Shown here: piece after piece, positions 49,880-64,000 of the stretch
Layout: each line of letters starts with the position of its first letter
Numbering within the stretch: position 1 is the first letter of the stretch
Origin: Squalus acanthias
Taxonomy: Eukaryota
NCBI GenBank assembly: GCA_030390025.1
Contig: CM059431.1
Span: forward strand, 121,708,001 to 121,772,000
Direction of reading: 5' to 3'
Length of the DNA: 64,000 bases
Position numbers and translations under genes: made by a program
The notes under the pieces: model-generated
Databases searched by the model: none
What the model saw: the letters and a program-made list of their open reading frames with translations, nothing else
What the model was told of the DNA's origin: nothing

Positions 49880-51412
49880 TGACCACCCAACTTCCTTTTC
49901 TGGCTCCCATGTTAGCTGACATTGTTAATGGTTCTCTCTCCTCAGGTACTATCCCACTCTTCCTCAAATCTGCCGTCATCACCCCTCTCCTCAAAAAACC
50001 AAACCTTAACCCTTCCGTCCTTGCAAACTACCGCCCCATCTCCAACCTCCCTTTCCTCTCCAAAGTCCTTGAATATGTTGTCACCTCCCAAATCTGTGCC
50101 CATCTTTCCCGCAACTCCATGCTTGAATCCCTCCAATCAGGTTTCTGCTCCTGCCACAGTACCGAAACGGCTCTCATCAAAGTCACAAATGACATCTTTT
50201 GTGACTGTGACAAAGGTAAACTATCCCTCCTCATCCTTCTTGACTAGTCTGCAGCCTTTGACACGGTTGACCACTCCATCCTTCTCCAACGCCTCTCCAC
50301 TGTCGTCCAGCTGGATGGGACTGCACTCGCCTGGTTCCATTCTTATCAATGTAATCGTAGCCAGAGAATCACCTGCAACGGCTTCTCTTCCTGCGCCCAC
50401 ATCGTTACCTCTGGTGTCCTTCCTTTATCTCATCTACATGCAGCCCCTTGGCGACATCTTCGAAAACACAGCATCGGTTTCCACATGTACGCTGACGACA
50501 CCCAGCTCTACCTCACTACATCTTCTCTCAACCCCTCCACGGTCTCTAAATTGTCAGACTGCTTGTCCAACATCCAGTTTTGGATGAGCAGAAATTTTCT
50601 CCAATTAAATATTGGGAAGATCAAAGCCATTGTTTTCATTCCCCACCACAAACTCCATTCCCTAGCCATTGACTCCATCCCTCTCCCTAACATCTGTCTG
50701 AGGCTGAACCACACGGTTCACAACCTTGGTGTCATATTTGACCCTGAAATGAGCTTCTGACCACATATCGGCAGGATAACTAAGACCGCCTTTTACCACC
50801 TCCATAACATCGCCCATCTCCGCCCTTGCCTCAGCTCATCCGTTGCTGAAACCCTCATCCATGCCTTTGTTACGTCTAGAATTGACTATTCCAACGCACT
50901 CCACTCTACCCTACGTAAACTTGAAGTCATCCAAAAATCGGTTGCCCATGTCCTAACTCGCACCAAGTCCCATTCACCCATCACCCCTGTGCTTGCTGAC
51001 CTACATTGGCTCCCGGTTAAGCAACGCCTCTATTTCAAAATTCTCATCCTTGTTTTCAAATCCCTCCATGGCCTCGCCCCTTCCTATCTCTGTAATCTCC
51101 TTCAGCCCCACAACCCCCCGAAATATCTGCGCTCCTCTAATTCTGCCCTCTTGAGCATCTTTGATTATAATCGCTCAACCATTAGTGGCTGTGCCTTCTG
51201 TTACCTCGGCCCTAAGCTCTGGAATTCCCTCCCTAAACCTCTCCATCTCTCTACCTCTCTTTCCTCCTTTAAGACGCTCCTGAAAACCTACCTCTTTGAC
51301 TAAGCTTTTGTCATCTGACCTAATTTTTATCTTATAATATGCCTGTGAAGCGCCTTGGGACATTTTACTATGTTAAAGGCGCTATATAAATACAAGTTGT
51401 TGCTGTTGTTGT
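49880..51412 (+). mobile_element. L2 LINE, RT and 3' end
   Basis: 'NYRPISNLPFLSKVLE', 'QSGF..HSTETAL', 'MYADDTQLY', 'LHWLPV'; tail 'ggcgctatataaatacaag(ttg)n'. Confidence 0.92.
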
Positions 51413-51949
51413 ATATACAAAGGCCCTAACATTATGCTGTGAGGAATTAATATTTATTCTACGCTGCACATTTTCCCAAAGTTCTGTTCAGGCAGGAAGA
51501 ATGACTTGCATGCTGTGTTTGTGTCACAACCACTGCATCACCAGTAAATCTATGAATTTCTAATGGCCAAGTAGGGTTGTAAGACATTTGTGGGGAATAT
51601 CCTCAGAGCCGCTCCCACTCTGTCACCACAACTTCTGGGCTTCTGCAGCTTTTCTACCAGAGTTACAGCAGATGAGCGGGAGAACCCTTGCAGAAATTTA
51701 CCTGTCGGCATTCACAGCATAATTTTCAGCCATTTCGATATTTTTAATGAAGATATCCAGCAACATTTTTGTTTAAGGTAGAACCCATAGATTATGATCC
51801 AGCTGTGTTTCTGTAAGGAACAACAAAGGTTCTCCTCAGAATCTAGTTCTCCCACAACTTCATGTTTGAATCTCTCAGCAGGTAAGTGCGTAGATTTTTT
51901 CCGATCGGAGGCATCCGCCCGCAGGAAGCCTCTGATCAGAAATTCAGGC

Positions 51950-54350
51950 CCATTGTCTGTGATTGTGATCTTGGTGCACTATCCCTCCTTGTCCTTTTAG
52001 ACCTCTGTGCAGCCTTTGACATGGTCGACCACACCATCCTCTTCCAAAGCCTCTTCTCCATTATCTCAGCTCAGGACTGCCCTTGCTTCCACTCTTACCT
52101 ATGCAATTGTAGTCGGAGCATCTCCAGCAATAGCTTCTCTTAGCTCAGCACCATTACTTCTGGAGTTCCCGCAAGAATCTATCCCTGGCCCCTACTCTAC
52201 ATGCTGCCCCTTGGCAACATCATCCGAAGACATGGGCCGAGATTTTTCTCACCTTGGCGGGTCCGGTGCAGCTGGTGTCGGTGGCAGGTCGCGGCCCCGC
52301 TGCTGCCTCCATCCCGCTGCCTAAAATGAACTTACCTTAATGAGGCTTATTAAGCCCGCCCAGTGCATTTCTTGGCCCAATTAGATGGAGCGGGTCTGGT
52401 GAAGTCATTCATGACACGTCTTGAGCCGGTTTCCTTAAAGGGACCATGGCCACCTTACTTTTGACGTTTGTGCTTTCAGTGTTCTACAGCATTGAAGTGT
52501 TGCAAACACTGACAATTACTGCACAGAGACGCAGGGCTACACCCAGGTTCTCCGATGACTCCCTCCATATGCTTATGGAGGGAGTCGGAGTACGCAGGAA
52601 GGTCCTCTTCCCTTCCGATGGGCGGAAGAAACCTCCCCAGTAGACCAAGACAGCCTGGTTGCACATTGCAGAGGAGGTCTCAAGCAGGGATGTGGTCAGG
52701 AGGACCTGGGTGCAGTGGCGCAAACCTTTCAATGACCTCATTAGATCAAGAAACGTGAGTACAAAGCCACACTCACCTTCATCCTGCTGTGCCTCTCATC
52801 ACATCCCCATCACTCTGCCTTCCCTACACTACTCCTGCACATCCTTACTCACACCAACTTAACTTGCAACTCCACCTATGCCCCTCTCTCTATCTGCATT
52901 ATCTCATCCCCATCTCATGAGCCACCTCTCACGCTCACCCTTATCCTAGTGCAATTATACCAACTAACAACACACAAGGGTAGCCACTTGGGTGTTTTAT
53001 CCAATGTTTATGTAAAGTTTCTATTAATGTACTGTCAAACATTGAAACCTTTATTTTCAACACTTTGTGTTCTTGGACAGATTTGTGTGCACCTTTGGAA
53101 GTGACTTAGTGAGTTGCGGTGAATGGTGAGACATAACGGTACCCCCCGTAATGGTGATGAGTGTGAAAGGAATGGTTTGGACATTGTAAGGGTGCTTTAT
53201 GGTGTTGGTGTGGGGTGGTGCCAACCTGGCACATCATTTGGCAGCCAGGGTGTACAGCGTCAAGTGAAGTAAATCTGGCCATGGTGAGGCCATCCCTGGT
53301 GTCCCAGGCAGCAATGTGCTCGGGGACTGATGCCCTCTGTCCTGCGCAGCATCAGGTGATTGCGGAGAAGGTTGGTGTTGTTGTTGGTGCTGCTGGTGTG
53401 CCTGGTGCTGCTGGTGTTGGGGGCTGGTTGTCGTCAGATTCTGAGGACCAAGGTGAAACAGTAAAAACGGTACCCATGCTGATGGAATAGATGGCAAATG
53501 AAGTTGAGATGACAAAAGCGATCTGTCAATTGTGAGAGAGTTTGTTCCAATGAGGTGACACTGAAAGGAGAGTTTGCTTCAAACACTTGCAACCTGCATA
53601 AAGCTCAATCTGTCTTCCAAATGCAGTAAGCAACAGCTTCTGTGCTTGGAAAGTGAATAGCTGTGAGGTGGGAGCTTTTATAGTACATTTCAAGCTGTCA
53701 ACTAATCAACTGATTCAATGGCCATTCAACTCCCGCCTCAGGTTAACAGAAATGGTCCATGAGCAGCGAGGACCCCGCGGGCGAGCAGTTAAAGTTAAAA
53801 GGTAAGGTTAAATAATTGCTTTAATTGGGTTGCCCGTCTCTGCAGGTTGGGTCCGATCCGAGATCACAGACACGCCATTGGGTAAAGGCGCGTTGCGGAG
53901 GGATGACAGCAGGTTCCGGACCCACTGTCAAAAAAATCAAATTTCCCACCCGACCCGCCACCAATCCCACGTGCTGACCACCCCCACCCCCCGAAAAATT
54001 CCGGCCATGGGGGTCAGCTTCCACAAGTACACTGACAATACCCAGCTCCATGTGTCTCCACCCCTCCATGCCACTGTGTTGCCAGGCTGCTTGTCCAATA
54101 TCCAGTGTAGAATGAGCTGAAATTTGCTCATGTTAAGCACTGGGTTGGGCTCACGTCATCATCTTTGACCCCACAACAAACTCTGTACACTTGCCACTAA
54201 TTCCATCCCCCACACTGGCCACTGTTTTAGGTTGAATGAGATGGTTTGCAACCTTGGCGTCCTATTTGACCCGAAACTGAGCTTCCCAACCCATATCCTC
54301 TCCATCACAAAGATCACCAACTTCCACCTACCTCCGCCTCCGTCCCTGCA
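51950..54350 (+). mobile_element. Degraded L2 RT fragment split by a Harbinger
   Basis: 'LVLLDLCAAFDMVDH' before 52234; a YADD-region homolog resumes at 54007. Confidence 0.78.
52235..54006. mobile_element. Internally deleted Harbinger element
   Basis: Termini GGCCGAGATTTT / AAAATTCCGGCC; TSD ATG; Myb remnant 'RATPRFSDDSLHMLMEGV..RRTWVQWRKPFNDL'. Confidence 0.82.
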
Positions 54351-55429
54351 TCACTAAAACAGATTGGAAGTCATTTTAACCTTGAGCGAATTTGTAAAAT
54401 GGGCGATATTGAATTAACCACCCATTACACAAGCTACCCAATTTTCCCCTCCACTAATTTCAATGGAAAGAAAAATCGGGTGTGGTGTTTTGTAGGCGGT
54501 TAATCCAATATCACCCATTTTACATCATCACCCAAACGTAATATTAATCCACATTATCTGGACATTTATCTCACTGTTGTTTGTGGCATGTTGCTGTTTG
54601 AAAGCTGGAGAGTATTTACGTCTTTTCGCAGCCTTCACTTCCGGTGAAATTTTGAATGTGTTACAAACATAGCAGATGCTTGGCAGCTGCAGGGTCCATC
54701 CCAAATTCTAGACCCAAGTAAATTATCTGTCCTACATCCGCCCTTTCACCTCACTGGAATTTCGGGGCCTGTGAGTATAAAAAAACAAGCCTACATGCAT
54801 GCAGGTACCACTGCTGAATGAGATAGTGCATATAGTCATGGTCTTACTTACAATATTGTAACAATTATTGGAATAGACTTAAATGTTAGACCATTTAATA
54901 CAACCAAATGATGTGAAGAACAAAACACCAACTTCTATTCTATAGTGCTACTCAAAAACATCTCATTGCACTTTAAGCTAAGAAGGAGAAAACATAAGAG
55001 TTAGCCAATCATTTTATGGCACTGGAGCATTACGTAAACCTTTACATAGATATACATAGAAGTTACAACGTGGAAGCAGGCTATTCAGTCCAACCAGTCC
55101 ATGCTGGGGTTTATCCTCCATGCGAGCAATTAGTACATTTACTCACCCTGTTCCCATATCCCATATCCCTTCATCCGCTTTTCCGTCATCCCCTTAATCC
55201 TCTTAAACATTTTCAACAGTCACTCTCCCGCATCCAACCATTTACCGCCCTAGTTCACAAAGGCACTGCACATGCTTCAGACCCAGTATACAGGGGCACT
55301 GCACCTCATCCACCGCCCCACACTTTCAAAGAGACACTATCCCCAATCCTCCTACTTAGTGTCTTACACTCTTTTGCCCCGCTCTCACCAGTTCAACCTG
55401 GCACACTTCTGCCCTTCCAACCTAAGTAA

Positions 55430-56850
55430 GCTGGTAATTGATGACTGTGTTGGTGCTGCTCCCTGTTCTCGCCTCGAACAAGAAAATGTAATCAACGTGG
55501 CTTCCAATTTCTACCTTTCCCTTGCCTTCACATGGTCCAACTCCAACTCTTCCGTTCCCTTCCTCGACTTCTCTATCTCCATAGGCTGTCCACCAATATC
55601 TATTATAAGCCCACCAACTCCCACAGCTACCTTGACTACACTTCCTCCCACCTCGCTTCCTGTAAGGACTCCCAGTATCTCCATCTCCATTGCATCTGGT
55701 CTGACAATGCTACCTTCCACACCTGTGCTTCCTATATGTATTCCTCTTTCCTTGACTGTGGTTGGCAGAGACCATGTCCGATCCATTTCCCGCACTTCTG
55801 CCCTCACCACTTCCCCTCCTTCCCAGACCCATGATAGGGACCCCCTTGTCCTCATCTTCCACCCCACCAGCCTCCACATTCAATGGATCATCCTCCGCCA
55901 TTTCATCACATCCAGTGCGATGCCACTACCAAACACATCTTTCCCTCCCCTCCCCTTTCAGCATTCCGAAGGGACCGTTTCTTCTGCGACACCCTGGTCC
56001 AGTCTTTCATCACCCACAACACCCTCTCACCTTCCCACGGCACTTTCCCGTGTAAGAGCAGGAGATGTAACACCTGCCCTTTTACCTCCTCCCTTCCCAC
56101 CGTCCAGGGCCCCAAACACTCCTTCCAGGTGAAACAGTGATTTGCTTGTACTTCTTTCAAGTATACTGTATTCGCTGCTCACGATGCGGCCTCCTCTAGA
56201 TTGGCGAGGCTAAATGCAGATTGGGTGATCGCTTTGCTGAACACCACTGTTTAGTCCGCAAGCGTGACCCTGAGCTTCCGGTCGCTTGTCATTTTAGCTT
56301 TGCGTCCCACTTCCACTCTGACCTCTCTGTCCTCAGCATTCTATACTGTTCCAATGAAGCTCAATGGAAGCTTGAGGTACAGCACCTCATCTTCGATTAG
56401 GCACATTACAACCTTCCGAACACAACATTGAGTTCAACAATTTCAGATCATAACCACTTCTCCCATTTTTTAGGACACCAGGTGCTGGTAATAAGTCTGC
56501 TGTTGTCATTTACAGCATCTCGAGAACCGTCTTTTGTTTCTTTACTTGTCCCATCATCACCCCATTTTCACATGTATCATCATCCCTTTTGTTATTTAAT
56601 CACTCCTGTCCTCCACCCTATCACAAACCTTCCCTTTTTTTATTTCCTCGCCGTCCCTCCCCCTGCCTTTTTCCCCAGGCTCTGTATTTGCTTATAAACT
56701 GTTAAATCCCTAACTTCTTCCCGTTCTGATGCAAGGTCATTGACCTGAAACATTAACTCCGTTTCTCTCTCCACAGACGCTGCCTGGCCTGCTGAGTATT
56801 TCCAGCATTTTCTGCTTTTTATTTTAAGATTTCCAGCATCCGCTCTATAT
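55430..56850 (+). mobile_element. Degraded Penelope-like element (RT C-terminus, GIY-YIG, 3' end)
   Basis: 'IDDCVGAA', 'YYKPTNSHSYLDY', 'CKSRRCNTC', 'YCIRCSRCGLL*IGE..RLGDRFAEH'; 3' end like 20700-20815. Confidence 0.88.
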
Positions 56851-57239
56851 TGGTTTTGTTTAAGCTGGTACTCTTCTTCTACTCTTCCCTTTTGAAGCTC
56901 GTGCTCTTCCCTCCTTTTGAGTTCATGCTAGTGCTCCCTCTCATTCCTCCCCACTATAAAACGCTGATCCCAGCTTCTGCTACTTTCCCTCTGCCGTTCA
57001 TTGCCATCCATTCCTCCCTTCTCTCTAACAGCATCCATTTACTTTACCCTTTACATAGGATTACATAGGATATATGGCACAGAAACAGGCCATTCGGCCC
57101 AACCAGTCCATGCTTCACTCGAGCCTCCTCCTGTCTTTCCTCATCTAACTCTATCAGCATAACCCTCTAATCCCTTCTCTCTCATATGCTTATCTAGCCT
57201 CCCCTTAAATGCATCTATACTATTTGCCTCAACTAATCC

Positions 57240-58379
57240 TGAAGGGATAATTACTAGTCCTAGCCCCTTTAGGGCTACCCGGATCAGGCGTATTCCTCAT
57301 ACGTTCACTTTCAACTAAAGTTTGAGGTAGCCAAAACCTAAAGACGCTTAATTGGGTCTAAAGGTCTGGACTATCTCTCCCTAAAGGAAAGGAACAACCT
57401 GAAAATGTTACCGTCATCCAGATAGCACTTTTAATAAGTTTAGCTCGACTGTAACATTCCGGATACTATGAGGGTCCGGAAAACTCCCCCAGAATTCTGC
57501 AACTCCTCACCAAATAGTGTACAGAGATTGAGTTTGCGAGTTTGATACAGAAGTCTTATGTGAGACAATTCTAAATATATATAGATTTATTAAAGAATCG
57601 ACATGCAGTTTACAGTTGGTGAGTCAATCGCAACATTAACAGTTCCAGAAAGGGAAAGCTTACAATCCTATTATCAGAGAACCTTATTTTCAAATCTTAA
57701 CTTCGCTACACTTTTACAGTTCTTAAAGTTCTATTCAGGATATCCACAATAATCAAATACCTTTGATCCCTGCGGTACAAAGAGTTGGAGACTTACAGAG
57801 CTGCCTCTGAAGCCGAGAATCGCGTTGCCCCTTTAAAGCGAGTCTACTATCCCATTTGAGAATTCAATATTTATACCCTCTTCCAGTGGCATTTCCTTTA
57901 ATGTTTTCTGCTGATGCAAGCTAATTATCTCTAGTCATTTTTCTGCTGACCTCTGCAATTCTTACTGCCAGATCAGCTGGTAGCATTACAGAATCATGTC
58001 TCCTCTCTAGGTGTTCTAAATTTACCATAAAAAATGGTGTGACGGCAGGTGTGTTTTACTTGATGTCATTTTTACGAAGGCAGATGTTTCTTACTTTTAT
58101 GTACTTCTTTACGAAGTGTAAAGTAGAACACCTTATCCAGGGTGAACCATTATTTCATTCTGAAAGGTTCAGCCTGCCGGAGCCTTTAACCTTCTGTTTC
58201 AATAAGGTTATTGATTCAGTGTCAACAACTATCTTATCTCAATAGCCAGAATGCTTTCACAGCTTTTTCATAGTTAGGTTTCTAGATTTCCAAACCCAGT
58301 TTGTCATGTTTTAGTAAGGCCGGAATTTTTTCAAAAGATAGTGTATTTTTCTGAATAGGTTATATGGCTTATTCCTTCA
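57240..58379 (-). mobile_element. Probable solo LTR of an unrelated family (1140 bp)
   Basis: Termini TGAAGGGATAA / TTATTCCTTCA (TG...CA); interrupts CR1; minus-strand TATAAAT (~57872) then AATAAA (~57588). TSD unclear. Confidence 0.7.
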
Positions 58380-58892
58380 CTCGCCCTGTGGTAGCGAGTT
58401 CCACATTCTCAGCACTCTCTGGGTAAAGAAGTTTCTTCTGAATTCCTCATTTGATTTCTTGGTGACTATCTTATATTGATGGCCTCTAGTTATGCTCTCC
58501 CCCACAACTGGAAACACTCTCTCTGTATCTACTCTATCAAAATCTTTCATAATTTTAAAGACCTCAATTAGGACACCCCTCAGCCTTCTTTTTTCTATCG
58601 AAAATAGACCCAGCTTGTACATCCTTTCCTGATAGATATACCCTTGCATTTCTGGTATCATCCTTGTAAATCTTCTCTGTACCCTCTCAGTGCCTCTATA
58701 TCCTTTTTATAATATGGCGACCAGAATTGTATGCAATACTCCAAGTGTGGTCTAACCAAGGTTCGATTCAAGTTTAGCATAACTACACTACTTTTCAATT
58801 CTATCCTTCTAGAAATAAACCCTAATGCCTGGTTTGCTTTTTTTATGGCCTTGTTAACCTGTGTCGCTACTTTTAGTGATTTGTGTATTTCT

Positions 58893-61800
58893 AACATAAG
58901 AACATAAGAAATAGGAGCAGGAGTAGCCCATGCGACCCTTCGAGCCTGCTCCGCCATTCAATGAGATCATGGCTGATCTTCTGCCTCAACTCCATTCACC
59001 AGCCCTATCGCCGTATCCCTTGATGCCTTTACTAGTCAGAAATCTATCGACTTCTGTTTTGAATATACTCAATGACTGAGCATCCACAACCCTCTGGGGT
59101 AGAGAATTCCAAAGATTCACCACCCTCTGTGTGAAGAAATTTCTTCTCGTCTCAGTCCTGAATGGCCTACCCTTTATCCTGAGGCTGTGGCCCCTGGTTC
59201 TGGACTCCCCAGGCAAGGAAGCATTCTCCCAGTATCCACCCTATCAAGCCTGGAATAATTTTGTATGCTTCAATGAGATCCCCTCTCATTCTTCTGAATT
59301 CAAGTGAATACAAGCCTAGTTTACTCAATCTCTTCTCATACGACAGTCCCGCCATCCCAGGAATCAATCTCGTGAACCTTCGTTGCACTCCTGCTATGGC
59401 AAGTATATGCCTTCCTTAGATAAGGAGACCAAAATTGTACATAGTACTCCAGGTGTGGTCTCACCAAGGCCCTATATAATTGGAGTAAGACTTCTTTACT
59501 CCTGTACTCAAACCCTATTGTAATGAAGGCCAGCATACCATTTGCCTTCCTAATGGCTTGCTGCACCTGCACATTCACTTTCAGTGACTCATGTACAAGG
59601 ACACCCAGGTCCCTTTGAGCATCTGCATTCCCCAATCTTTCACCATTTATGAAATACTCTGCCTTTCTGTTTTTTTCTACCAAAGTGGATAACTTCGCAT
59701 TTATCCACATTATATTCCATCTGCCATGTTCTCGCCCACTCACTGAGCCTGTCGAGATCCCCTTGAAGCCTCTTCACATCCTCTTCACAACTAACACTGC
59801 GCCTAGCTTTGTATCATCAGCAAATTTGGAAATGTTATATTTAGTCCCCTCATCCAAATCATTGATATAGATTGTGAATAGCTGGGGCCCAAGCACCAAT
59901 CCTTGTGGTACCCCACTAGTCATAGCCTGCTATCCTGAAAAAGACCCGTTTATCCCTACTCTTTGTTTTCTGTCTGTTAACCAATTCTCAATCCATGCTA
60001 GTATATTACCCCCAATTCCATGTGCCCTAATTTTGTTCACCAACCTCTTGTGTGGGACCTTATCGAAGGCCTTCTGAAAATCCAAATACACTATATCTAC
60101 CGGTTCCCCTTTGTCTACTCCACTAGTTACATCCTCAAAGAACTCCAATAGGTTTGTCAAACAGGATTTCCCTTTCATAAATCCATGTTGACTCTGCCCA
60201 ATCTTTCTATTAGTTTCTAAGTGCCCAGTTATTGCATCCTTTATAATAGATTTCAACATTTTCCCAACTACTGATATGAGGCTAACAGGTCTGTAGTTCC
60301 CTGTTTTTTCTCTCCCTCCTTTCTTAAATAGCGAGGTTACATTTGCTATCCTCCAATCTGCAGGAACCATTCCAGAATCTATAACATTTTAGAAGATGAC
60401 AACCAATGCGTCCACTATCCTAATGGCCACCTCTTTCAAAACCCTAGGATGTAGGTAATCCGGTCCTTGGGATTTCTTGATTTTTAGTCCCATTAATTTT
60501 GCTAGTACTGTTTTTTTACTAATAATAATTTCTTTAAGTTCCTCATTCTCGCCACACCCTTGGTTTTCTCGTATTTCTGGGAGGTTTTTTGTGTCTTCCT
60601 CCGTGAAGACAGAAACAAAGTATTTATTTTATTTCACTGCCATTTCCTCATTCCCCATTATAAATTCTACCGTCTCTGACTGTAAAGGATCTACATTTAC
60701 CTTCACCAGTCTTTTGCTTTTCACATTCCTATAGAGGCTTTTACAATCCGTTTTTATATTTTTCGCTAGTTTGTGCTCATATTCCATTTTCCCTTTCTTT
60801 ATCAAAATCTTGGTAGTCCTTAGCTGATTTCTAAAAAGATCCCAATCCTCGGGCTGACCGCTTGTTCTGGTAACTTTATAAGCTTCCTCCTTTGAAGTAA
60901 TACTAGCTTTAATTTCTTTTGTTAGCCATGGTTAGATCACTTTTCCTTTTGGGTTTTTATGCCCTAGTGGAATATATGTTTGTTGCAAATTATGCATTAT
61001 TTCCTTGAATGTTAGCCATTGTATGTCCACCTTCATACCTTTTAGTGTAGTCTCCCAATCTACCATGGCCAACTTGTCCCTCATACCCTTGTAGTTTCCT
61101 CTGTTTAGATTGAAGACCTTAGTTTCAGATTGGACTACATCACTCTCAAAGTTAATGTAAAATTCAATCATATTATGCTCACTTGTCCCTAAAGGCCCCT
61201 TTACCACAAGATTATTTTTTAGCTTTTTCTCATTACACAGTACCAGATCCAGAGTAGCCTGTTCCCTGGTTGGTTCCTCCACATACTGATCCAGGAAACC
61301 ATCTAGCATGCATTCCAAGAATTTGTCTTCCACACCATTAGTGTTAATTTGATTTGCCCAGTCAATATGTAGATTAAAGTCCACGATTATCATATTGCCC
61401 TTGTTACATGCACATGTAATTTCTTGATTGAAACTGTGCCCTACATTACCACTACTGTTTGGTGGTCTATACACAACTCCCACCAATGTTTTCCGCCCTT
61501 TACTGTTTCTTAGCTCCACCCAAACTGATTCCAGTTCTACATCACGATCTGCCGAGCCAAGATCTTGTATCTCTACCGTACCGATCTCATCCCTTGTTAA
61601 CAGCACTCCGTCACCTCCTTTTCCTTTTTGTCTGTCCTTCCTAAATGTTGAGTACCCTGGAACATTCAGTTCCCAGCTTTGGTTACCCTGCAACCATGTC
61701 TCTGTAATGGCAATTAGATCATACCCATTTACTTCTATTTGTGCCGTTTATTCATCCACCTTGTTGCAAATGCTACGTGCATTTAGATAAAGTGCCTTCA

Positions 61801-62228
61801 ACTTTGCCTGTTCAATATTTTTCTGCACTTTAACCCTCCTTACTGTTGGCCTTTGTTTCTGCTCCCTACTAGTTTTGCTGACTACTTTTCAAACTTTCAC
61901 TTCCTGCTTTGTTTCTCTCCATTCTGGATCCACACTTAGGTTCCCAGCTGCCTGACAAACTAGTTTAAATCCTTCCCAACAGCACTAGCAAACCCCCCTG
62001 TGAGGATATTGGTCCCGGTTCTGCCGAGGTGTAACCCGTCCAGCTTGTACAGGTCCCACCTTCCCCAGAATCGGTCCCAATGCCTCAGGAATTTAAATCC
62101 CTCCCTCCGACACCACCTCTCTAGCCATGCATTCATCTGGTCTATTCTCCTATTTCTGCTCTCACTAGCACATGGCACTGGGACTAATCCTGAGAATACT
62201 ACCTTTGAGGTCCTGCTTTTTAATTTAT
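58893..62228 (-). mobile_element. Long CR1 LINE (ORF1 esterase end, AP endonuclease, RT) nested in another CR1
   Basis: ORF1 'NAWLERWCRREGF..DGLHL' (SGNH-type); EN 'GVVYRPP..DFN..PTR..LDLVL..LGTSEH'; RT 'NYRPVSL..QHGF'; (aacataag) tail. Confidence 0.92.
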
Positions 62229-64000
62229 TCCACTCTGAGATCCCCTCGTTCCTCTACCCCTCCCATACTCGCACCCTCCAAGTAATAAGTGACCTCCCTA
62301 TTCTTCCTACCAAAATGTAATACCTCACATTTACCTGTCTTGAAATTTATTCTGCAAGTTTATTAATGCCTTCTTGTAATTTATTGCAGTCCTCCTCAGT
62401 ATTAACTATCCCTCCCAATTTGGTGTCATCCGCAAATTTAGAAATTGTGTTTTTGATTCCAAAGTCTAAATCGTTAATATAAATTGTGAACAACAGTGGT
62501 CCCAGCACTGATCCTTGAGGAACACCACTACCTACCTTCTGCCACTCTGAATAGCTACCCTTTACCCCTACTCTCTGCTTTCTGTCTTGAAGCCAGCTAA
62601 CTATCCATTCTGCTACTTGTCCCCTAACTCCGCATTCTCTAAGCTTATTTATTAGTCTATGATGTGTTACCTTATCGAAGGCCTTTTGAAAATCTAGATA
62701 AATTACATCTACTACATTACCCTTGTCTATTCTCCCTGTTACCTCTTCAAAAAATTCAATGAGGTTGGTCAAGCAAGACTTTCCCTTTTGAAATCCATGC
62801 TGACTATTCATTATTATATTTTTGACTTCTAGATGTTCTTCTATTTTCTCCTTTAGTAGGGATTCCATTATTTTTCCTACCACTGATGTTAAGCTGACTG
62901 GTCATGTTCTATCTCCCTTCTTAAATATAGATGTTATGTTAGCTATCCGCCAGTCCTCTGGCACTACACCTTTTTCTAATGAATTATTAACTCAAGGCTC
63001 ATAGTAACCCTATTTGATCTAAACAGCTCTAGTGTTCATGGCGCCTTCAGTCACAGGCAGCTGCTGTATAGCCTCCTCTTTACAACCCAACTCTTACTGT
63101 AACACTTGGATAACATGCGGTGCCTACATAAAACGCTTTTTATAACATGAGCCTTGCTCTAACCATTTCTTTGATATAATGTACATTGTTTATGGCTGCC
63201 TCTCTGTCACACTGCAGATACCGAAAAGTTTTGAATTGATTCTTGTATGACCTATTCCCAGGTATGATCAAACTGAATCTATTCAACAGCAGATTTAAGA
63301 AGCTGGTATTCCTTATGACAGCAAAAAAAAAAATATTTTTCAAAACAGCTTTACAAAGGAGATCACAGAGTTCAACTTTTCATTGATTTTCAAGGTTTTT
63401 AAGTCCTGCTACAGTGAAAAGTTAACCGTTTGTATGAAGCCAGTCAGGCAGCCTTTCAAACCTGAAGAAATGCTTTGAATTGCTTCAATTATTTCCTGAG
63501 CGGTGAACTCTGCAAATAAGGAGCTCTGCACTGTGCTCCCACTTCGAATCAAACCATTCTGCACAATTATCACTCGTATATTTGGACTGTTTCCAGCCCT
63601 GGTTGTGCTGGTAAGTGGAGCTTTGGAAATCAGCTGAAAGTGGTCTGGAACCACTGATTACCCTCTCCAAATCCAATCATCTGATTCCGAGGCAATTATG
63701 AATGTTTACATTTATCTGCTGTTTTCAGATCTAAAAAAATATGCTAAGCACAAGAAATAATATAGTAAACAAGTTTGTGGCAATATTTTTGGCAATCATT
63801 GGCCCAGAATTTCCTAGAACTTACACCGTGTTTGTGCCCTGATCTTCCCATTGTCAACTTACTCCGAAATTTCCTGGAAAAGTAATTTGAATACACCGCA
63901 GCAAGTATGATGGTGAATCAGGGACCTCAGAAGTGACGCAGCCAATGCTTTACCCCATCTGCATCAATCAAGCAGATCAATATTGGCTTGTTCTGAGTCA

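Larger units (their letters stand above)
57040..62990 (-). mobile_element. CR1 LINE (outer; pieces ~57040-57239, 58380-58890, 62230-62990)
   Basis: 'SQHGF..SCLTNL..YLDFQKAFDKV..GVPQGSVLGP..KFADDTK' (62347-62883) and 3' pieces, split by two insertions. Confidence 0.85.

Noticed and set aside
63130..63730. Possible minus-strand host exon (acceptor-like tttttttag)
   Set aside because: All three frames stop soon after the acceptor. 'FTAQEIIEAIQSI' hints at an ancient LINE RT but is too weak to call.

Overview
Repeat-dense vertebrate genomic DNA with no convincing host protein-coding exon. The repeat set (Deu-domain SINEs, CR1 with esterase ORF1, L2, Penelope) suggests a cartilaginous fish; this is an inference. 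The main feature is a complete but mutated LTR retroelement at 24716-41735. It has ~1.6-kb LTRs, an 18-nt tRNA-Arg PBS, a gag with a zinc knuckle joined in frame to pol through UGA-CUAG, and a foamy-like RT/IN with two RNase H domains. Its env, preceded by a splice acceptor, joins a signal peptide, an Ig-like domain, a Pro/Thr stalk and a paramyxo/pneumovirus-F-like fusion protein, so it looks lokiretrovirus-like. A Harbinger transposon sits in its pol and a CR1 in its 5' LTR. Three solo LTRs of related families (4-bp TSDs, shared U5 hairpin) lie nearby. One of them is the innermost layer of a four-deep nest. The window also holds a Gypsy remnant, more Harbingers and MITEs, Penelope elements with hammerhead motifs, an unrelated solo LTR, and many CR1/L2/SINE copies. 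Coordinates of degraded repeats are approximate.
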